Of a DNA stretch of 64,000 nucleotides, positions 29,418 to 39,000 are shown piece after piece; the first letter of the stretch is position 1, and each line of letters starts with the position of its first letter. Below the pieces are notes generated by a model. It was not told where the DNA came from. It saw only the letters and a list, made by a program, of their open reading frames with translations, and ran no database searches. Origin of the DNA: an uncultured Bacillales bacterium (lineage in GTDB: Bacteria; Bacillota_I; Bacilli_A; RFN20; CAG-449); the NCBI GenBank assembly GCA_945873815.1, contig CAMCEE010000003.1, forward strand, positions 76,898 through 140,897, given 5' to 3'. A program made the position numbers and the translations under genes.

Positions 29418-30129
29418 TTGTAACTACCTCCATGAATACATCCTCTAATGATTTTCCTTCAGTTAATTCTTCAATTTTTCCGGAAGCAATTAATTCTCCT
29501 TTTTTAATAATTGCAATTTTATTACACAATTTTTCTGCTACATCCAATACGTGAGTTGAGAAAAATATAGCACTTCCCATAGAACATAACTCATGCATAA
29601 TCTCTTTTAATTTGATTGTTGCAACAGGGTCTAAACCAACAAATGGTTCGTCGAGAATTAGTAATTTTGGTTGATGAATAAGTGCAGAAATAATCGCAAG
29701 TTTTTGTTTCATACCATGTGAGTATGAACTAATTAAAGACCCCAAATCTCCGTATATTTCAAATAATTTACCATATTTTTCTATTCTATTATTCCTTGTT
29801 TCTTTATCGACTTCAAAAACATCAGCAATAAAATTCAAATATTGAATACCTGTTAAATAATCATATAAATCAGGATTATCAGGAATATAAGCTATTATTG
29901 ATTTTGTTTTTTGTGAATCTTCTTTTATTGATATTCCATCAATATAGATTTCTCCTTTTTCAAATCCAATAATTCCCGTCACACATTTAATCACAGTAGT
30001 TTTACCAGCACCATTATGACCAATAAATCCATAAATATCACCTGGTTCGATATCAAGTGATAAATCTTTTACTGCCACTTTTCCTCCAGGATAAGTTTTT
30101 GTTAAATTTTTAATTTGTAGTACGCTCAT
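29407..30129 (-). CDS. ABC transporter ATP-binding protein
   Basis: It has a Walker A motif (GHNGAGKTT), the signature YSHGMKQK and a Walker B motif (LILDEPFVGLD). An AAAGGAGA RBS precedes the MSVLQI start at 30129. The track ORF begins further upstream inside the regulator gene. Confidence 0.85.
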   Translation of the reverse strand: MSVLQIKNLTKTYPGGKVAVKDLSLDIEPGDIYGFIGHNGAGKTTVIKCVTGIIGFEKGEIYIDGISIKEDSQKTKSIIAYIPDNPDLYDYLTGIQYLNFIADVFEVDKETRNNRIEKYGKLFEIYGDLGSLISSYSHGMKQKLAIISALIHQPKLLILDEPFVGLDPVATIKLKEIMHELCSMGSAIFFSTHVLDVAEKLCNKIAIIKKGELIASGKIEELTEGKSLEDVFMEVVTNVK

Positions 30130-30655
30130 TTTTTTCTCCTTTACTTGGTAACGAAATAGTACAAATATTTCTAATTTTTCTATCTGGTGTTTTCTCTTTT
30201 CCAATATATCTTTTAATCAATGCATTAAGATCATTTAGATAATGACTATATTCTTCATCCGATAGAATTAATGTTGCATTCCAAAGTCCTAACATATCTT
30301 TAATAGAATCATTATTCGAATCAGAAAAGTATGTTTTAAAACTTCTTCCGATTTCAAATAACAATCCTTGAATAACATCATTTAATTCTTTATTTGTAGG
30401 ATTCTCTGAAAAAACTTTATTTTTAGCTGGGCTGTAATACTTTTCAACTACTCCTCTAATATTCTTCTCTTCGACAATTTCAATAAATCCATTATCTAAT
30501 AAAGATTTAATATTTCTATAAAGAGTAGCTTGAGGAATATCATCGAGTATTTTTGCAATATCGCTTGTCGAAGCCTTACGCGCAAAAATAATACTTTGAA
30601 TGATACGCTGTCTTGTAGAATTCATCACGTATTTTGCAAATTCTTTCTTTTTCAT
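30110..30655 (-). CDS. Winged-helix transcriptional regulator (ArsR/GntR-like HTH), probable regulator of the downstream ABC exporter
   Basis: The N-terminal HTH is STSDIAKILDDIPQATLYRNIKSLLDNGFIEI. A GGAGG RBS precedes it and it is the first gene of the operon. Confidence 0.55.
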   Translation of the reverse strand: MKKKEFAKYVMNSTRQRIIQSIIFARKASTSDIAKILDDIPQATLYRNIKSLLDNGFIEIVEEKNIRGVVEKYYSPAKNKVFSENPTNKELNDVIQGLLFEIGRSFKTYFSDSNNDSIKDMLGLWNATLILSDEEYSHYLNDLNALIKRYIGKEKTPDRKIRNICTISLPSKGEKNERTTN

Positions 30656-30673
30656 GATATGCCTCCTTCAAAC

Positions 30674-30690
30674 ATTATCATTTTGATAAT
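30674..30690. promoter_or_regulatory. Candidate operator: perfect 7-3-7 palindrome ATTATCA-TTT-TGATAAT
   Basis: The perfect inverted repeat lies between the predicted promoter and the RBS of the HTH regulator gene. Confidence 0.4.
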
Positions 30691-30702
30691 ATTCTCATAA
30701 TG

Positions 30703-30731
30703 ATAATAATTGATTATATAAATACTGTCAA
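30703..30731 (-). promoter_or_regulatory. Candidate sigma-70-type promoter for the regulator/ABC operon
   Basis: On the minus strand a TTGACA -35 hexamer is followed by a 17-nt spacer and a TATTAT -10 hexamer. Confidence 0.4.
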
Positions 30732-30901
30732 GTGAAATAATAGATGAAGAATCCTAATTTTCACTCTATCTTATTTAAATCTTCATTTACAATTATTCTA
30801 AAAATCTATTATCTTTCATATTCGAACCTCCTAGTTATATTATTTGATGTTCGAACAATTGAGTCGATTCTATATATTTATAACGTTTACGATAAAGCAA
30901 T

Positions 30902-30925
30902 AAAAAAATCCCTAATTTTAGGGAT
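30902..30925 (-). terminator. Rho-independent terminator downstream of tRNA-Thr
   Basis: On the minus strand a stem ATCCCTAA/TTAGGGAT is followed by T7. Confidence 0.6.
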
Positions 30926-30939
30926 TATTTAATTAATAA

Positions 30940-31015
30940 TGGTGCCGACCACCGGAATCGAACCAGCAACCTACTGATTACAAATCAGTTGCTCTGCCAA
31001 TTGAGCTAGGTCGGC
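30940..31015 (-). tRNA. tRNA-Thr (anticodon UGU)
   Basis: It is a 76-nt cloverleaf with a 7-bp acceptor stem GCCGACC/GGTCGGC and the anticodon loop TTTGTAA. The T-arm is GGTTCGATTCC and CCA is encoded. It closely resembles Bacillus tRNA-Thr(UGU). Confidence 0.9.
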
Positions 31016-31063
31016 ATATTTTTAGAGGCCTAGGCGCTAATTTCTTAACGCAAATAGAATGTT

Positions 31064-31073
31064 ATCATACCAT
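31064..31073 (-). promoter_or_regulatory. Candidate extended -10 promoter (TGgTATGAT) for tRNA-Thr
   Basis: On the minus strand a TGnTATGAT element lies about 50 nt upstream of the tRNA 5' end. Confidence 0.3.
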
Positions 31074-31344
31074 TTTTCCATTTGCAACTATTTTTTTAGT
31101 TTTTTTCAAATATTTGTATTAAGCATTTGATAGTATTGATTATATTGTATTCTTTCCTTCATTTAAGATAGTTCTTGATGAGAAATCATTCTGTTAATGT
31201 TACAAATAGGAAAATATAAGAATATTATAGTTTATATACATAAAATTACAATTTTCCTCTTATTTCTTCTTTAATTCTCAAGAAAATAATTGTACAATTA
31301 TTAATGAACGTAATCATTGAATTATTATTAGGGGGTAAATAGTT

Positions 31345-32940
31345 ATGATTTTTTTAGTAGAATTCATTGATCAAGCAATCAAATGGATCAACGAAACAAT
31401 TATTAATCCATTCTCTAGTTGGATTGAAGGATTAATTCCAGCATTAAGCGGATATGGAGCTTATGTTTTCTATGGACTAGTTGGTCTAGTCGTTTTGATT
31501 ATATTGTTAATTATCATTATCAGTGTTTCAAAATCAAAAAAGAAAAAGAAGTTGATTAAGCAAGCTCAAGAAACGATTGAGAAATCCGAAACATTAGAAC
31601 TTAATGAAAAAGAAGAAGAAGAAGATAAAGAAGAAATTCAAGAAACTGATGATAAAGAAACTGATGATAAAGAAGAAGAAAAAGAGGAAGTTACTAATGA
31701 AGTAACTAGTAATCAAGAAGAACCAGTTGATGAGACTTCAGTTGATGAACATCCAAGCGAAGAAGTTCCTGTAGAAGAAGAAACAAAAGAAGAGCCGATT
31801 AAAGAAACTCAAAAAGTTGACCAAAAGAAAGAAACAGACGATATTGTTCCAACACCAGAAGAAATTGCACTAGCAAGAGAAATGGTTAAACAAGTTAACG
31901 AAATGGCAACCAAAACAAATGCAAAAGCAAAAAAAGAGCCAATCAAGGAACCAGTAAAAGAACCTGAGAAAAAGGCAGTTTCAAAGAAAAAAGTTGAAGA
32001 AAAATCTGCAAAAAGAAGTAGAGAAAAAACAGGTCCAAAAGAGGTCGATTTAGACTTTACTCCAGATCGTGTTATTCCAGAAGTTCCTGTAGAAGAACCT
32101 GTTAAAGAAGAAACTATAAAAGAAGAGTCAAAAGTCGTGGAAGCACCTGTAAAAAAAGCAGTTCCAAAGAAAGCGAAAAAAGAAGAAACTGCTCCTAATG
32201 TTTCTTCTAATGAAGAAAAAAAAGGAGCTCAAGGAAAGTTTATCCTAGTACGTGAAGGAGAGACAAACTGGAGATACAAATTAAAGGCATCAAATGGCGA
32301 AATCCTCATTGTCTCCGAGCCATATACTAGTGAAAAATCAGTTAGAAATGGAATTGAAACATTAAAGAAAAATCTAGATAATCTAAAGATTGATTTTGTC
32401 GAAGATAAACATGGGTTATTCTATTTTATGATTTTAACAAAGCAAGGACGTTGCTTAGCAACCTCTGCTTCATATAAAACAAAAGCAAGTGCTATGTCTG
32501 CTTCTAAATCATATAATAGATGGGCTACAACCGATATTGTCATTGCTTCCGATGAAGATTCAGAACATAGTGAAGTAGAAGAAATCAAAATTGAAATAGA
32601 AGAAGTAAACACTGGTAAATTCGTTATTCAAAAAGAAGGCAATGGTTTCATATATCAATTACTCGCAGCAAACGGAGTAGTCGTTGCTACATCGCAAATA
32701 TACAAATCAAAAGATTCTTGTATCGAAGCATGTGAAACATTTAGACGCTGCGTATATAAAGGAAGTTTCTTTATTTCTAAAGACAAAAACGATTTATATC
32801 AATTCAAGCTTTACAATAAACAAAATCGTCTAGTCTTAGCTGGTGAAGTTTATAAAGAAAGATCAAGAGCAATCTCCGTCATCGAAACAATCAAAAAACT
32901 TGCTAGACTAGCATCACTAACTGATAATACAAATCAATAG
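31345..32940 (+). CDS. Membrane-anchored protein with an E/K-rich low-complexity linker and four DUF1508 (YegP/UPF0339) repeats
   Basis: It has an N-terminal TM helix followed by ~250 aa of charged low-complexity sequence. Four ~50-aa repeats match the YegP pattern (GKFILVREGETNWRYKLKASNGEILIVSEPYTSEKS...; NTGKFVIQKEGNGFIYQLLAANGVVVATSQIYKSKDS...). A GGGGGT RBS precedes it. Confidence 0.7.
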   Translation: MIFLVEFIDQAIKWINETIINPFSSWIEGLIPALSGYGAYVFYGLVGLVVLIILLIIIISVSKSKKKKKLIKQAQETIEKSETLELNEKEEEEDKEEIQETDDKETDDKEEEKEEVTNEVTSNQEEPVDETSVDEHPSEEVPVEEETKEEPIKETQKVDQKKETDDIVPTPEEIALAREMVKQVNEMATKTNAKAKKEPIKEPVKEPEKKAVSKKKVEEKSAKRSREKTGPKEVDLDFTPDRVIPEVPVEEPVKEETIKEESKVVEAPVKKAVPKKAKKEETAPNVSSNEEKKGAQGKFILVREGETNWRYKLKASNGEILIVSEPYTSEKSVRNGIETLKKNLDNLKIDFVEDKHGLFYFMILTKQGRCLATSASYKTKASAMSASKSYNRWATTDIVIASDEDSEHSEVEEIKIEIEEVNTGKFVIQKEGNGFIYQLLAANGVVVATSQIYKSKDSCIEACETFRRCVYKGSFFISKDKNDLYQFKLYNKQNRLVLAGEVYKERSRAISVIETIKKLARLASLTDNTNQ

Positions 32941-32950
32941 GAATTTAAAG

Positions 32951-32980
32951 GCATTACATAAAGTAATGCTTTTATTTTTT
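32951..32980 (+). terminator. Rho-independent terminator
   Basis: A stem GCATTAC/GTAATGC with an ATAAA loop is followed by TTTTATTTTTT. Confidence 0.65.
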
Positions 32981-33005
32981 ATCTTGTCATCTTTCTCTTT
33001 TTTTA

Positions 33006-33034
33006 TTGTAATAGGATGTCAAAAGTGATAGAAT
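33006..33034 (+). promoter_or_regulatory. Candidate promoter of the giant surface-protein gene
   Basis: A TTGTAA -35 hexamer is followed by a 17-nt spacer and a TAGAAT -10 hexamer with an upstream TG (extended -10). Confidence 0.35.
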
Positions 33035-33088
33035 ATTATCGTTTTACGAATATATTATATATATTCTAAAGAATAGGAGAATTGCAAA

Positions 33089-36000
33089 ATGAAAAAAATA
33101 ACAAAATTTTGTGTCATTTCCACGATTGGAATGTTATTCATTTCTACCCTATCTTCTTGTTCTACTAAGAACAACCTAGATGTCAATGAAAAAATCGAAG
33201 ATAAACTAGATTTTGGAAAATTAGTTGGAGATTATTATTTAGACGTATCAAAAAACTTTAATAAAACTATTCTTACTACAAATTCCAATGATAAGTATTC
33301 TCAAGAAATCTCAATCATTGTTGAAATGGAAGGTGACACGCAAGCTGATCAATTCTTAGCAAAGAAATCAAAGCATAAGAAAATTGGAGAGTTTGCAAAA
33401 TCAAGTACAGGTATTTCATTAAATAACAGAATGGTTACTGCTCAAGCAGACTTAGCAAAATCATTATTAAAAGCAAATTATATTTCAAGCATTAAAGGAA
33501 ACTACACTGTATTAATGAATGGTTTTGCTGCTACAACAACATATAGCAATGTTGAAAAGATCAGAAACTTCCCTGGTGTTAAAGAAGTTATGATTTCTCA
33601 AACTTATGATATGCCTAGAGTTCAATCAAATACTAATGCTACAAATAATAACTCTGGATGTGATGACGAAAATGGTCTTTACAAAAACGATACTAAATAT
33701 CAAGGTGAAGGAATGTTTGTTGCAGTATTAGATTCTGGTCTTGATTACAATCATCCAGCATTTAAAGGAAGCGTATCTTCTCCAAGAGTATCAAAAAACG
33801 ATATTAAGGATCTTCTCAATTCAGAGGAAATGAGTTGCGAATCCGTCAACGAAAAAGGAACACTTTCCGTTGATGATGTTTACATTTCAAACAAAGTTCC
33901 TTTCGCATACGACTATGCGGATAAAGATTCGGACGTATTACCTGCAGAATCTGATCATGGTACTCACGTTTCAGGTATCATCGTAGGTGAAGAAGATAAT
34001 GTTTTCTCAGGTGTCACTCCTGAAGCACAATTAGCCTTCATGAAAGTTTTCCCTGATGAAGAAGAAAAAGCACCTAGTGATGTTATCATACTAGCTCTTG
34101 AAGATTCTGCATTACTTGGTGTCGATGTCATTAATGAATCATTAGGATCTGTCGGTGGATTCTCTTATGAATATGGAGTAAGCGATGAGAACGAGAGAAT
34201 AGAAGAAAAGATTAACGCAATTTATGAAAAACTTACCAAATTAGGTATTTCATTAGTTGTTTCAGCAGGTAATGATTACTATCAATCATACACTGCAGTT
34301 GATGGAACAAATAGAATCGAGAGTCCTGAATCTAATACGATTGGTTCACCAGGTTCTTATACTACATCATTTACAGTCGCATCTGTAGAAAGTGAAAAAA
34401 CACCATATCTATTAGCTGATGGTAATACTCCTATTACATTCACTGAAGCTTCTGATAACAAATCAAATGAAAAAAACTTCATCGAAGATATATTTGCAAT
34501 TTGGAATAGAAGAAATCCAGACAACCAAAAAGATATTGAAACTGATGAACTTGAATTGGATTACGTTGTTGTCCCAGGACTTGGAACAGATGATGATTTC
34601 AAAAAGGTTAACGTCAGAGATAAGATTGCTGTTATCGAACGTGGTGTATTAACATTCGAAGCCAAAATTGCTTCAGCTTTAACTTCTGGTGCAACAGCGG
34701 TTCTTATTTATAACAATACTTCTGGTGTAATTAGAATGACCTGTGGTGATTCAGTTAAACTTCCAGCAGCTTCAATCACAAATAAATTAGGATTAAAGCT
34801 AAAGGAAAAAGGAACAGGTAAATTAAAAATAAGCAAATACTTAAAAGCAGGACCATTTATGTCAGATTTCTCTTCTGTCGGTCCTAACCCAGATTTAACG
34901 TTAAAGCCTGAAATTACTTCATGTGGTGGGGATGTTCTTTCTGCAGTCATCGGTGGTAGATATGAAGAATTCTCCGGAACTTCAATGTCTGCGCCAAATA
35001 CAAGTGGTATCGTCATTGCATTAAGACAATATATTCAAGAAAATTGGGTTAGATTAACAAATAAGCCAATCGAACAAATGAACAATGTTGATATCACAAA
35101 ACTATCACAACAATTATTAATGTCTACCGCAAATCAATGTCATAACGAAGATGATAATCCATATTCTCCTCGTAAACAAGGTGCAGGTATGGCTTCATTA
35201 CAAAATGCAATTAATGCAACAACATATTTACATGTTGGAGATTCTGATAAAGTAAAATTAGAATTAGGTGATGACAAAACAAAAACAGGTGTTTATGAAT
35301 TAAAATTCAACATTAAAAACATTGGTGATACGCCTTCAACATATGACATAAAAACAACAACAATGTCTGAATCAATCACATTTGGTGATAAAGGAATCAA
35401 TACAATTTCAAATGATGCATATATATTAAATCCAAATGTAAGCATCAAATCATCTTCAAACGTTACAGTTAATGGAACAAAAGTTACTGTACCTGCTGGA
35501 GAAGATGGTGAAATCACAGTTACTATCAATCTTTCAAATGAAGATAGAACTCACCTTGATCAATTCCCTAATGGTATGTATATTGACGGATTTGTCAATT
35601 TATATTCTCAAGATGCAAATGGTATCGACTTATCAATTCCATTCCTAGCATTCTATGGAGATTGGTTAAAAGCTCCAATCTGGGACTTAACTTATTATGA
35701 CATTCAATGCCCAGAATTATATGATGAAGATATAAAAGAAGTCGATCGTATTCACCCTGCATTAAATGCAGTGACTCCTTATGGTCACTATGGCGATTTC
35801 TATATGATTCCATTAGGTGGTTACGTATATTCTATCGATAATAGTAAATACGAACAAATTCTCGCAACAGAAGATAAAGCTGCTATATCTCTATATGAAG
35901 AAGCAATTCATAGTTTCTATATGGTAAATGGTGGACTTCTAAGAGCACCAAAAAAACTAACATTTACTATTTCAGATGCAATATCTGGCGAAGTATATAT

Positions 36001-39000
36001 GGAAGATATCAAATATAACGTCAGAAAAGATACATTTTATCAAGGATCAGGATCTGTTTTGGGTTATTCTGAAGATCAAACATTCTCCGCATTAAAAAAT
36101 AGTATTGCAAATAATACAAAGCTATTAGTTACTCTAGATGCTGAATTAGATTATGAAGGTGGAGATAATCTCGAGCACGGAAAAATCCAATTCTCATTCT
36201 ATGTCGACTATGAAGCACCAACCTTAGAAAACGTTGAATACTTTAAAGAACTCAACCCTAAGACAGGTAAATACAATTATTACGTTGAAGTTGATTTAAG
36301 CGATAATCGTTACGTCATGAGTTATTCTCCATGTATTATTGAAGAAAACAAATCACCAAACGCAACAAATCCTTATAAATTATCTTCACTAGCTCCTAAT
36401 ACTCCGGTATATCAAAATGAAGCAGGTGAAACAACTCATGTAAGAATTGAAATAACAAAATACATTGACTCAATTATAAATTCAGCTACTCCAGATCAAT
36501 TCTATCTATATGTAGATGATTACGCAATGAACTCATCATTATATTACATCCCATTAAATGGTTCAGATTATAAGGATTTATCAGTCACACAAGATGAAAT
36601 AATTATTTCAGAAAATGAGGTAATCAGCGTCAATGACTATGTAAATCTCGAAAGCGCAATGTTAGAAGGATTCACATGGACAACAAATTCAAAATCTGTA
36701 GCTGTTAAAAATGGAGAAATCGTTGGTTTATCAAGAGGTACTGCAACATTATATGGTTCTTCTCCAACATTCAAGACAACATTAAAATTAAAAGTTAAAG
36801 TTTTAGGTCCAAATGATCAAGGCTATAAAAAATTTGATAAAGCAGTTCCTGAATCAATCGAAATCAATTCATATGAAGTAGTTTATATGTTTAATGATGA
36901 TTCTCAACCTTCATCAATAGGTGAAATAGGTACAACACATTACGATTTTTCAAAAACAATAAAACTATACCCTGGTGAACAAATTAAACTTAATACTATT
37001 ATTTCTCCTTGGTATGCAGATTTAGAAGATTATTCAATTGAATGGAAATATGGTTCACCAGTTGATATTGACGATGCAACAAATATCTTAACCGCTTCGA
37101 TAACTGGTACTGATGCTGTATATGTCTACGTTTGCAAAGATGGAAAGAGAACAAGAATTAAAGATTCATTCAAAGTTGAAGTACAAGATTCTTATATCTA
37201 TTCCGGTTCATTCTTCCAAAACTATAAAGGTGCTGAAGAAATAGTAGCACTATCAGAATCAATGAACTTGAAATACATTGGCGAATACGCATTCTCATTA
37301 TGTCAATACTATTTAGATAGTGAGGAAGAAATTGCAAGAAAGCCATATGGAAATGAATTCATTAAATCGATTATCTTACCTAAAGATATTGAAACAATTT
37401 ATGGTTATGCTTTTGCTAAATTATCAAATTTAGTTTCAATTAATATTCCTTCAGAAACAAAAGAATTATATCAAGGAGCATTCTACGATGATAAGAATCT
37501 TGAAACTGTAACAATTCCAGATGATAGCCATTTAGGAAAAATTCTATATGATGCATTTAGAAATTGTACATCATTAAGAGAAATCAACCTTAAGAATGTT
37601 GTTTCCATTGGTAGCTATGCCTTCAGTGGATGTACTTCATTAACTAGCGTTGACTTATCTAATTCAAGATATTATGGATACCACATCTTTGATGGATGTA
37701 CTTCATTAAAGAATGTTATTCTTTCTAAGAATACTGCAATCGGTGATTACATGTTTGCAAACACAGGTTTAGAAACTCTTGTTCTAGATCAACCTTATAT
37801 CGGAAAAGGAGCATTCCAAAATTGTAAGTCATTAACTAGTGTTACATTTACAAACCCAAATGTCATTATCTCTAAAGATGCATTTAAGGGATGTAAATCA
37901 TTAACTAGCGTCAAATTTGCAGATAATTCAAACGTAACAATTAATGAAGGAGCATTCTCAAATACAGGAATAGAAAATATCACTCTTCCAAATGGAACAA
38001 TTACATTAGGTGATAAAATATTCTCTTCTTCTTCACTTACAACAATTAACTTATCGTCAAGCACAGTAATCAATGTAGTAAATGGTGCCCCATTAATCGG
38101 TGCAAATAGATTAGTTGGAATTAAATTAAATAATGATAGTGAAATTTATTCAGTCAAAGATGGAGTATTATACTCAAAAGATGGAACAGTATTAGTACTT
38201 GCTCCAATCACAAAGATTATCTCTTCATTTGATGGAATTAAAGAAATTGCTCCTGGAGCATTAGGTGGAAATACAACTACAGAAATTGTATTACCATCAA
38301 CTTTTGAAAAATTGGGAGCATATGCATTAAAAGAATCATTAGTCTCATCAATTGACTTCTCATCTTCAAATGCAGAATTATGTGAATATTCATTTGCAAA
38401 TACTCCAAACTTAAAAACAATTTCAAATTACGTATTTAATGACCTATCTTCTAATATTTTCAATAGTTCTTCTATTGAGGAAATATCATTTGCAGAAGGC
38501 GCAGTAATTGATTCATATGCTCTTTCTAATATTAGTTCATTAAGAAAGATTACAATCAAATCAAATACGATAATTAAAGATCATGCATTCTATAAATCAT
38601 TCATTTCAAGTGGTGCTATCGTCGATTTAGAAGGTTCAACAAATGTTACAATTGGTGATTATGCTTTTGCTGAATCAAATGTTAAAACAATTGATCTATC
38701 AAATGTAAAATCAATTGGAAAAGGTGCTTTCCAAGGGGCTAAGCTCTTAGAAACAATTAATATTTCAAACGCAGAATCAATTGGTTCACATGCATTCTAT
38801 GGTTGTGAAAACGTTAATTCAATCACATTTAGCAATACCTTAACATCGATTCCTGCATATGCATTCTATGGAATCTCAAAAGTTAAAACAGTTAATATTC
38901 CTAACGTTAAAATAATTAATGAATTCGCATTTGCAAAAATGACTTCATTAGAAACAATTGACTTATCAAATGTTAATTCAATTAAAGATCAAGCATTTGA

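Noticed and set aside
30744-30932. A 62-aa plus-strand ORF in the regulator / tRNA-Thr intergenic region
   Set aside because: It overlaps the predicted minus-strand promoter and the tRNA terminator hairpin, has no RBS, and is AT-rich low-complexity.
32941-33088. Whether the DUF1508 membrane protein and the giant S8-LRR protein form one operon
   Set aside because: A good terminator (32951-32980) and a plausible promoter (33006-33034) separate them, so they are treated as independent units. This remains untested.
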